From contig OZ025782.1 in the NCBI GenBank assembly GCA_964019425.1, forward strand, positions 1,116,001-1,180,000: DNA of 64,000 nucleotides, read 5' to 3'. Shown here one piece after another: positions 42,607 to 52,319 of the stretch (its first letter is position 1; every line of letters starts with the position of its first letter). The notes below the pieces were generated by a model, which searched no databases, was not told where the DNA came from, and worked only from the letters and a program-made list of their open reading frames with translations. The DNA comes from Flectonema sp. DT1601. Taxonomy: Eukaryota. The translations under genes and the position numbers were made by a program.

Positions 42607-45600
42607 TCACACGCGAGAGACAGGAACGCCATGATGAATCCAAACAGCCTTTTTGTTATACCGGCAACCTGTACCACAACACATTCCAGATTCCAATTCA
42701 GGTTCGGTACACAGCCTCATGTTGATGCTCCCGCAAGTGCTTTCCGCTTCGTCGTACGTTGCCGCTTCCCCATGACAGACGTCACCAAACTTCGATGAGC
42801 ACCTCATTCCATCCAACGAACAGCATCTGACGCTTGCTGTGGTGGCCGACTGCCTTGGGAGAGAAACATGTGAACAGCTGCTGGTGCTGTACCGAACATC
42901 CTTCGAAACCCAAACGCCAACTAGATCGTAATTACAACCGGTTGCGCAACACGTTCTGGATGACAGCTCTGCGGGGCTGCAAAGCCTCCTCCCCACAGCG
43001 CTACAGATCTGCATTGCTTCTTCGTAGGTACGCGAACTTCCGAAACACGTGTTGTCTGCGTAGGAAATACACGATTCCCCATCCACCGAGCAACACCTAA
43101 CTGCTCCCGTAGTCGACGAGGTAGTCGCGATGGCAGATCCTGTTCCTGGACAGCCGTCAGCAGTGTAGCGGAGTGGATCTGAAGTTGGTGCCGATGTTGG
43201 TGGTGGAGACGGGACGTGCCGAATCCAAACAGCCTTTTTGTTATACCGGCAACCTGTACCACAACACATTCCAGATTCCAATTCAGGTTCGGTACACAGC
43301 CTCATGTTGATGCTCCCGCAAGTGCTTTCCGCTTCGTCGTACGTTGCCGCTTCCCCATGGCAGACGTCACCAGACTTCGAAGAGCACCTCATTCCATCCA
43401 ACGAACAGCATCTGACGCTTGCTGTGGTGGCCGACTGCCTTGGGAGAGAAACATGTGAACAGCTGCTGGTGCTGTAGCGGAGTTCTGAAGGATCTGAAGT
43501 TGGTGGCGGGGTTGGTGGTGTTGTCGGTGGAGGAGTCGGTGGCGCCGTTGGTGGAGGTGTTGGCGGCGGAGTCGGTGGTGGTGTTGGTGGAGGTGTTGGT
43601 GGCGGAGTCGGTGGCGCCGTTGGTGGAGGAGTTGGAGGAGGTGTTGGCGGAGGAGTCGGTGGCGCTGTTGGTGGCGGAGTTGGAGGAGGTGTTGGCGGAG
43701 GAGTTGGTGGTGGAGTCGGCGGTGCTGTTGGTGGTGGAGTCGGCGGCGGTGTTGGCGGTGCTGTTGGCGGCGGAGTCGGTGGCGCAGTTGGAGGAGGTGT
43801 TGGTGGTGGAGTCGGCGGCGGAGTTGGCGGTGCTGTTGGCGGCGGAGTCGGTGGAGGTGTTGGTGGTGGAGTCGGAGGTGCTGTTGGCGGCGGAGTCGGT
43901 GGAGGTGTTGGTGGTGGAGTCGGCGGCGGAGTTGGCGGCACTGTTGGCGGCGGAGTCGGTGGAGAAGTTGGTGGCGGTGTTGGCGGCGGAGTCGGTGGAG
44001 AAGTTGGTGGCGGTGTTGGCGGCGGAGTCGGTGGTGTTGTTGCTGGCGAAGTTGAGGAAACAAACTCCTGCGAAACGAACACCGAAGTCACCAATCCAGA
44101 ACTCCAACAGATGAAATACGAAACTCCCGCAGGCCTGTTTTGATAATGCAATTCGATAATACCATTTGAAGGCCTGACGTGATGTACGACCTTCGACGAA
44201 CACGAAGCATCCGTCGAGATTGCCACTTCGTCAGACGTATCGAATTCCACACTTCCCGGAAGCAGCGTGAACTTTCCAGAGCTCCCGGTAATGGCTTCAT
44301 GGGTCACCTCAGGATCGATGTTTGGACACCGGAATACCTGCGTTGTTTCACTACTGGTTGCCACGTAAACTGAGCTGGTCCTTGAAAGTGTTCTTCCAGA
44401 CCACGTCAGTGTTCCTAATGACATCCCGTTAACAGTCACAGCAATACTACTAATAACACCGCCACTGCCGCTGCGAGAGAACTCCAGCTCCACCGCAATT
44501 GCCCTCGACGACGGCAACGATGGCCCTGAACCGACGCAGTTCCCGCTCATGCAAACATTTCCCGACGACGAAAACGTGACAGTCTCGTAGTCGGCGATTA
44601 TCCAACTGAAGGTCGCAGAAGCAGCCGGGATTTCAAACTTCACGTACTCCGGCACGTAAGGGCTCCTTGAGTTTCTCAAGAAGAACCCATTCGTGTCGAG
44701 GAACCTTCGAGTCCCGGAACACCATCCCCGAACCTGAAACGACGACGAGTCGACCACTTCGCTCCCCTCAGTCAACGACGACGCCGGTATCCGGAAGGTC
44801 ACGATCTCGTCCAACTGGTAGTCGTAGCTCGGCAGCGCCGCGAGCGTTATCGTGAAGAGCGAACCCGATACCGCCACGTTCCCAACTCGCAGCAAGGTGT
44901 CCCTTTCCGTGTTCCACGGAGAGTCACTCCTCAGACCTTTCAGGGACTCCAACACCGCCCTGATCGACTCTCCGTCGCTTTTCCAGCTGTCGCTCTGAAG
45001 CTTCAGCACTATCGTGTGCCCGCCACTCCGCAACGCTTCCCGTTGGTCCGCCGCCGTCACCAGCGTCCCGGTGATAGACACGAATTCACCACAAATGATC
45101 TTAAAGTCATCAACAAACGACGGACCTCCACTGTTGAATATCGTACCGACACTGCTCACTCCATCTGCACAGCTCCCGCTGCTGTACGCCCGCGTCCCCA
45201 CGAGAACACCGTCGAGGTACTCGTTGATTTCACTGGGGGAGACGACTTCGATTTCTATCTTGTGCCACTTAGACGGGTTCACCAAGTAATCGTAACTTGA
45301 ACCGTATCCGTACGCAACACGGGGGGTGATCGGTGATCCACTGTAGGTGTATGACAGCCTTCCGGGTTGGAAACTGTAGCAGATCCCTCCATTCTTCCAC
45401 ATGTAGATTCCGTACCTCACGTCGCTGTGTTTCTTCGAGTATTTGATCCGAGCCGACAACCTGCGAGGATGTCCGGCAAAGTCGAACGTCGCCGACCTGG
45501 CTCCCACCTGACCAGCATCTCCCACTTGAAGCGATCCGACACCCGAGTACGAATCAGTCGTAATGATCCCCGTCCCCTCGGCCGCGTTGGTGCTCAACAG

Positions 45601-46689
45601 GGACGTGTCGTCATCAAAGTCCGAGGTGGCCGTGTATGGGCACGTCGCAAACGCTGCACAAGTCGGTCCTCCGTACTCACCGACGCATCGGCACACCCCA
45701 TTCGAAACACACGTTCCCCTGTCACCGGAGCAGGCTTCCGGATCAGCTTGTCCGAAGCAAACAGTCGTCGCGTCCAAAACATTCACTTCAACACTGCAAC
45801 TCGTTGACGTCCCGTCCGCGCCGTCGAACGAAAACGAAATCGTTTGTGAAGTCCCCGCATCTGAGGCAGAAGGCGTAAGCGTCTTCGTCCGGAAGAATGG
45901 CGACGACCTCGTGACCCCGTCGCTCGTCAGCGCAGTTGTATACGTTGCTATGGCCGACACCGTGAACTCAGTGCCGTGGGGAATGTTAATCGAACCAGTC
46001 TTCGTGAGTATACAACGAGGAGAAGTCAACGACTCACAGTGGTACAGGAACCTGATAGCCTGGGCATCCCCTTCGCTCAACGTTGATCGTTGTCCAATCG
46101 GCTTCGGAGAATCAATCGTCGGGAGGCCATTCTTCGTAAAAGCGGTAGCACTGTAGTGCATTATCGAATCATAGTCGTAGGGTCCAATGGTGTTGACTGT
46201 CGATCTCAATTCGAACTGATCGACGAAGTCCTCTTGGATGTTCTCCGTCTTGATGTTCACAAAATCATCCCTGTCGCTCCGGCTCTGCTCGTGCCAGAAT
46301 CCCATCGCGTGTAATACCTCGTGGAGTGTTGATCCGGATGAACAGGTTTCCTTCAGCCAAATCATCGTCGGAGCTCCCCTCACCATTCCGATGTTCGCCT
46401 TGCACCCTCCAGCGTAGTACACGAACTTCATGTAGTTCACGTCCGACGCCGTCGCAGCTCTGAACCGAACACAAGTCTTCTCCTCGATCACACCTATCGA
46501 AGTCAGGATTCTCGCATCGTCCGAATCGAGAGACGAGTCTATTTGGTAGGGAACAACACCACCAGGCCACAGGTTTCCATTCCATCCACTCAGAGTCTGC
46601 ACGTCAGACTCGAACACCATGTCACCGATGGTCACATCTCGGCTCGCAGCGCAGCAAAGGGCCGCGAGCAGTGCAACTGCCCTGTGCAT
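42607..46689 (-). CDS. Secreted astacin metalloprotease, short form, 1360 aa, 3 Cys-rich modules
   Basis: Near-identical to 29712-33794. The differences I could see are SSGTCC/SSRTCC and SGICC/SGMCC. Confidence 0.95.
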   Translation of the reverse strand: MHRAVALLAALCCAASRDVTIGDMVFESDVQTLSGWNGNLWPGGVVPYQIDSSLDSDDARILTSIGVIEEKTCVRFRAATASDVNYMKFVYYAGGCKANIGMVRGAPTMIWLKETCSSGSTLHEVLHAMGFWHEQSRSDRDDFVNIKTENIQEDFVDQFELRSTVNTIGPYDYDSIMHYSATAFTKNGLPTIDSPKPIGQRSTLSEGDAQAIRFLYHCESLTSPRCILTKTGSINIPHGTEFTVSAIATYTTALTSDGVTRSSPFFRTKTLTPSASDAGTSQTISFSFDGADGTSTSCSVEVNVLDATTVCFGQADPEACSGDRGTCVSNGVCRCVGEYGGPTCAAFATCPYTATSDFDDDTSLLSTNAAEGTGIITTDSYSGVGSLQVGDAGQVGARSATFDFAGHPRRLSARIKYSKKHSDVRYGIYMWKNGGICYSFQPGRLSYTYSGSPITPRVAYGYGSSYDYLVNPSKWHKIEIEVVSPSEINEYLDGVLVGTRAYSSGSCADGVSSVGTIFNSGGPSFVDDFKIICGEFVSITGTLVTAADQREALRSGGHTIVLKLQSDSWKSDGESIRAVLESLKGLRSDSPWNTERDTLLRVGNVAVSGSLFTITLAALPSYDYQLDEIVTFRIPASSLTEGSEVVDSSSFQVRGWCSGTRRFLDTNGFFLRNSRSPYVPEYVKFEIPAASATFSWIIADYETVTFSSSGNVCMSGNCVGSGPSLPSSRAIAVELEFSRSGSGGVISSIAVTVNGMSLGTLTWSGRTLSRTSSVYVATSSETTQVFRCPNIDPEVTHEAITGSSGKFTLLPGSVEFDTSDEVAISTDASCSSKVVHHVRPSNGIIELHYQNRPAGVSYFICWSSGLVTSVFVSQEFVSSTSPATTPPTPPPTPPPTSPPTPPPTPPPTSPPTPPPTVPPTPPPTPPPTPPPTPPPTAPPTPPPTPPPTPPPTAPPTPPPTPPPTPPPTAPPTPPPTAPPTPPPTPPPTAPPTPPPTPPPTPPPTPPPTAPPTPPPTPPPTPPPTAPPTPPPTPPPTPPPTPPPTPPPTAPPTPPPTTPPTPPPTSDPSELRYSTSSCSHVSLPRQSATTASVRCCSLDGMRCSSKSGDVCHGEAATYDEAESTCGSINMRLCTEPELESGMCCGTGCRYNKKAVWIRHVPSPPPTSAPTSDPLRYTADGCPGTGSAIATTSSTTGAVRCCSVDGESCISYADNTCFGSSRTYEEAMQICSAVGRRLCSPAELSSRTCCATGCNYDLVGVWVSKDVRYSTSSCSHVSLPRQSATTASVRCCSLDGMRCSSKFGDVCHGEAATYDEAESTCGSINMRLCTEPELESGMCCGTGCRYNKKAVWIHHGVPVSRV
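43496..44042 (-). repeat. Pro/Thr coding minisatellite
   Basis: Same 12-bp unit type as 24829-25685. Confidence 0.9.
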
Positions 46690-48000
46690 TTTCTTTTTAT
46701 GAATTGACTGAAGCAGCCCTTTGGGGAGGAAAAGAATAAGAAATCACAGTATTATTTAACAATGACGCAAACACGATCCCACACAAAGCAAAGCTACAGT
46801 CTACTTCGTAGTTGTGCAAATGTTATGAGTGGATGCCTAATTTTATGCGCTGCTAGTCATAAGATGCGACTAAGAGTAAATTTCACAAGGATGAGAAACA
46901 AGGTAAAGATACTATAGAATTCCAATTGTGTAGCGTCTTGCTATATTGGTATTAAGGTAACTTAATATGTGTCAATGATTCTCGTTGCAGCTAACCGTGA
47001 GCGCTTAGTGTTGTTTTCACTAGTATGAAAGACTCAAATAAGTGTTTCCTTTCTGTATTAAAGAACTTCACCGGAGAAGGTTCAAAGAAGGAACCTTCTG
47101 AGTTACTGTGGAACATAACAAAACCAATAGGTTCCCAATGTACTATTTAATTTTGTATACTACTACTTGTTCAGAGAGCTACACATCTTGTGAATACAGA
47201 AACGGCAGCATCAACAGTAGTAAAACAAGTGTTGAACAAGCTGACTTAATGGCTATCACGAATTATTATCTACGAGGGAATTGACATTCAACATTTCCAC
47301 TACATTTAACGACAGTCATCGTTACGACAAAACACTCGCTCAGATGGTACTGGCGAAATAATTTAAAAAAAAAGAATCATATAAATAAAATCATCCTAAT
47401 AAACAGGAATGACTTCCACCGAAGTAATTTAGAATGAAGAAACCCCATTTCACCAAAATGCATTAGGAAGAAATGTTTAGCAAAGAAAAACAAGTCAAAT
47501 GAGAGTTGGCTGATTAGTAAATATAAAAAAACTGCACTTGAGAAAATAAGACAGTCAAAACATTAAATAAACTGTTCTGCTGTTCCGTGTAACCCTTTTG
47601 GAATACTTAGTTTCAGGAGCCTTAATCTTATTAGCAGTAAGTTTCTGGGGGACTTTATTCCAAATGTCTCGTAAATCAATTTTAAAAGTAGTTCTTATCG
47701 TAAGAACTGATAATCATTAATATGATTTCGTATGACGAAGTTGGATCTCTAGCTTTGCGACGAGTTTAATATCAACTGGAAGTCCTTTGACGCTTCTTTT
47801 TGAAATAGGATCATCCGTCAGCCTTTTTTCTTGTTCTTTACTTTCAGTAATGAGTGCCATTTCACAGTCACGCGTTCTTAAGGAACATGTGAAAGTTAAA
47901 ATTCCGAACGTTTGAAATCTTTTTTGTCGAAGTGATCAAAAAATTTGGTTTACCCTTTTATGAGTGTGTCTCGAATAACGATAGAATCGAATGAGATTGA

Positions 48001-48115
48001 TTACTAGCAGTCAATCAAAAAAAAATCAAATGCAAAAAAGAATTCGTAGGACAACAAACAAACGATAGTTGGGTTTCGGAGCTGAAATTAAGAAATCTTT
48101 CCTCAGAACCATTCC
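48001..48115 (-). mobile_element. Family C fragment
   Basis: aaatgcaaa..ttcgtaggacaacaaaca..gttgggtttcgg..aaattaagaaatcttt matches 3540-3612. Confidence 0.6.
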
Positions 48116-48191
48116 AGATTGATTTGATGGTATTTATCAGTCAATAAAAAAAAAAGCAACAAAATTTCAATCAAATGCAAAAAAATATTGA

Positions 48192-48616
48192 TTAGTTGGT
48201 TAGTTAGCAAAATACAGAACTGATGACTACGTAGCCCGCATCAGTAACGACCCAATCGCGAAGATTGTAGTTTTATAGCTTCGGCTAGAAGTGATCGACT
48301 TCCAGCTCCCACCTTGCGCAGAGGCTAACAGGTTGTAAACAACTAAAGAAAATAAAAGAGACATAGGGGGAAAGGTGAAAAAAAAAGTAAAATAAACTAA
48401 TTCCATAAGCAGCATCTTTCTTTATAATACGACCATATGTGCTATATTCCCACATACCACGAAAGAAAATCTAGCTGCCCAAAAACATAATTAACTGCGG
48501 GCTTACCGAAAGCTTTTTGAAAGTACCACAAAAATTAGGCAGCACGTAGCCATATCACTCAGCATGAAATGAAAACAAAAGGATCAGTCAGTTTATGGTC
48601 ATAACTGTGCCGGACC
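48192..48616 (-). mobile_element. Family B retroposon, near full-length
   Basis: (ttag)n tail, body, and shared 5' end GGTCCGGCACAGTTATGACCATAAACTG. Confidence 0.82.
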
Positions 48617-49467
48617 AGTTGCTAACATGTCTTTGAAGAAGTACTGAGCCCTGCTATTAGGCTCCCTCATTGGTAAATAGAAGGTAACTACCTCTTCGTG
48701 GGCTCGGTACTACAGCCACTTGATTAACCCCTCTGTTGCGTTGAATCTTGTCGATACCAATACTATCTGACAGGAGTGTCCAGTCATCGAGAAATACTTA
48801 TGAAAACAAAAACCAGAGAATCACATTTATTTTGATTGCAAATTACCACAAAAGACACTCCTAACGCTTATCGTGTAAAAATGATAAAAAGAAGCAAAGG
48901 GGAAACAAACATAAGTAAGAGAGAAGTTTTGCTCTAGGGTGACATCAAACTTGGCATTCCGCAAAAGGTAACAAAATAACAGAAAAATCCAACAGTCTGA
49001 TGTGGTTCGACGAACAAAAACATGACTTAAGATGTAACGCCTTTGCTTCATAATATATAAAAATAATAAATAATAAATAAACAAACTCCGCGACTAACTT
49101 CTTGCCAGATCAGCAGACTAAGCGGGAGTAGGAATTGTTAGTTAGACACAAGCGCCTAAAAAGAAAACGCAATTGAGATGAGCCTTATATTTTGTTGATC
49201 GCAGCCAGTGATACTGACGCAGGGGAGATGAATGTTTTGAATTCGTATAATACAACTGCGGTGTATTAACATAACGATAATGACGACGGGGGGGGAAATG
49301 GATAATAAATATCGGCTCTTGATCTGAATTACTTCGTCTCAGACTTCGGGGGGTGTAATCTTCTTCAAGATATACGGAAGCCATGATGTGAATAATATTC
49401 TTCAATACTACGTCAGTAATCATGTCTTTTAGGCTCGAAGGATAACCAGCTGAGTCATACAAAACAA

Positions 49468-51708
49468 TCACCTTTTTAACATAGGATCGGTGGACTGTTC
49501 TGGCAACTTGCAACTCTTCTGGGTACAGGAACCTCCCCAATTATAGTGAGTGACTGGTTTTGGTTTTCTCGGACACGCACCGAGTTCTCTAACAGTGTTA
49601 CCGTGAAGGTCACGTTGTGTCGGAGGTGGGGTCATCTTAAGTGGAAGAAGATGTGTGTCGGGGAATCGCTTCATCATGTCTGAAAATGCTTCAGGAGTCG
49701 GATGAATTCCGTGAAGAATCATTGATGTGTCGGTTATGTCTTGGAGAATTTCCCATCCGTAACCTCTGTTGATGCAGTGACCTCGACAGTCTTTGAGAAA
49801 ATTAAATCTCAGATTCGCAATATAAAACCATCTCCCAACCATAACATCTTCAAACTTGAAATCAATATTGTTTTCTACAAGTTTTGAATCACGCATCCAA
49901 TCAACCAAATCAAAGCTCATGGTCACTAGTAAGCCAGAAGTTCTTTTTATTCCGAACCATGGAAGTGCTCTTCCATGATAAATGGTCGGATACGTAAACG
50001 AGTCCAGATCGTTTGCCAACATATTAAGTCGATAGAACGCGTCATCGTCTCCTTTACAAATGTAGTCAGCTCTGATCCTGTCCGCAACAAACGCGTAGAA
50101 TGCATAGGCCTTTCGACTCATGCCGATGAGTACATCGTCAGTTTTGGGACCTTGACCACTCCAGTTGCCTTCTTTTAAATCAAAAAAGAGAATGTCTTTT
50201 GTAATCTTCGCTTCTTTCAACAATTCAGGAGAATACGTATAATTCGTCGAAGGATGGTGTGCCAGTAGGTACTTCGCAATCACAGTTGCATCAGAACTCT
50301 TGTGATAATTCCACACTCGAGAGTATCGTAAAAAGGAATCTCTTTGCAACTTTCTGAAGTAAGCTCCCTTTTTTGTGTCTACTGCTGGAATACCGAATGC
50401 TACGACCCAATGTTTCTTGTAGTCAGCGTCATTTGGGAACAAGTCTTCCCTAATAATTTGGATTAGACTTTTTATTCTCTTCTTGCGTGTGTCAGCAGTA
50501 GTAATCTTCCCAGTTGTCTCATTTCTCCAACCTGCCGGTGATTGACGGTGCTTTTTAAAAAAATGATTTGTCGGAAGAGCCGTTCCCGGATAAGGAAGTT
50601 TCTTTACCTCACTGAAATCTTCGACACTCTTTGTAAATAGTTTACTGTAAATGGAATTATCTCCGTCAGCATCTTGTTCGTTGTTCCACCACGAGCAAAT
50701 ATGTTCAAGTGAACTGTCGTTTACGTTGTTTTCTTTAGTCTGTTTTGGTTGTATTTCTAAAACAGATCAAATGACTTGAAAAAAAATAGAAAATTAGGAA
50801 AAAGTTCAAAATCCCCTCCGAAAACCGCCAACAAAGTATTGAAAATGTTACATAAGCCCAACCCCAATAAAAAAAAAAAAAAAATCTCTTTTTTTTTCTA
50901 ACACGGCAAAACATACGCAAGCATTCCACGGAACAGAAGGAAAACTGACCACTCGAAAATGTGCTCTTTTAAACTTAAAATAATCTGGTTCAGAGTTAAG
51001 AATCTCTGTATTGAAACCATATTTATAGCTTAGATCGTACCATTCTGTCGGGTAGAGTGTGTTAATGAACTCTTCGAATGAATTAGTTTTCGATGCACTG
51101 CTTGCCCTATTCAGTTCACTAAAGGATTCATCACAAGGAGCGATTACCATCGTAGATATCGATAAACTTGACGTCCACGCATTTGCTTTGTATTTTGGAC
51201 CAGCTGCGAGCTTGACTCCTTCCAATGGAATACTTGCGAGAGCATTAATATCACCACTGATGTATGATTTAGAGTCGAGGTATATTATTCGATCGATACC
51301 TCTCATTCCCCAAAGTGCTCGTAGAGCTAGTTTGGGATCGAAACCATCGACTAGCGTGCATATGTTCCAACCTGTTCCTAATAACATTCTCCTTGCTGTT
51401 GGTGATAGTGAGTTTGTGTTGTCTTCGAGAATCCATGGAGTGTATGGCTCTTGTAGTTTTAGGTTTGCTCGTCGAATCAGTTTCGCTATTCCGGCTATTT
51501 CATCAGTTGCTCCATCATCGTTCAGCATTGTCCACAAGGTCAGTTTTTCAGTCTTCATCATACTTCCTCCTACACACAGTGGCATGGACCGCTTTTTAGA
51601 TGAGACACCCAAACGTGATGACGACCCTCCAATTGGAAACCAGTTCAACCCAAGAAAAAAGCAAGAAGCTAACACCACGAGAAGCCATCGGACTCGAGGT
51701 GTCTTCAT
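49468..51708 (-). CDS. Two-domain Golgi-type glycosyltransferase (~687 aa): GT8-like domain + GT67/GT31-like beta-1,3-Gal/GlcNAc transferase; exons 51708-50917 and 50739-49468
   Basis: N-terminal signal anchor. GT8-like motifs IIYLDSK..ISGDI, YDLSYKYGFN and PW...WW. A phase-0 GTATGT...AAAACAG intron at 50916-50740 joins the frames, and exon 2 is open 99 codons upstream of the listed ORF. GT motifs GIPAVD, YLLAHHP, GMSRK, YICKGDDDAF and EDVMVGRW. Confidence 0.82.
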
Positions 51709-52319
51709 TTGTTGTTATTTTCCTGATTAAAAAAAAAAAGAATTAACCGTTTTTTACAACAAAAAAAAAAAAAAAAAAAAAAAATCCCACAGCAAAAAAC
51801 GTCTGTGAAAAAGTTAGCTTTACGAAAAACACTTCAACAACATTATACAGTCGACATCAATTTACTGCCATTACTAAAAACAGAACGATGCCCTTCTTAC
51901 AAAATCTAGGGGGCTAAGAGGAACCATTGTACTTTACTCATAAAACGCAAATAGTACTATATAACCCGGGAAATGGTAAAAAACAACATTGTTTTTTTTT
52001 TTTAAAAAAAAAGGAAAACCTGCGAGTCTACCCAAAAATCGGTCACGGCCTTGTGGAATTATTATTTATTACACGAAAACAAAAACCAACCCATAATCAA
52101 CAAAAACAAGTACCAGTCGGAATTATTCAGACGAGGTATCAATCAGGTCTGTCCTTCTATCAAACACTAAACGACGAAGTCGATGCATAAGGAGGGTTGC
52201 TACACTGAAATTTAAAAAAAAAAAAAAAAAAAAATTAAATAATTTTGTAACATAAACCGAAGGCGGAAAAACATAAGCAAAACACGCGTGTTTTTTTTTT
52301 TTTTTCGTCACAAGGGATT

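Larger units (their letters stand above)
21165..46817. repeat. Tandem array of astacin genes with a ~12.6-12.9 kb two-gene higher-order unit
   Basis: The offset is 12580 between 21214 and 33794, and 12895 between 28332/41227 and 33794/46689. Long (~1.82 kb) and short (~1.38 kb) spacers alternate. Identity ends at gttgtgc 46817. Confidence 0.93.

Noticed and set aside
49142..49540. 132-aa ORF overlapping the end of the glycosyltransferase
   Set aside because: No motif and a non-ATG start. It cannot be supported as a gene or extra exon without transcripts.
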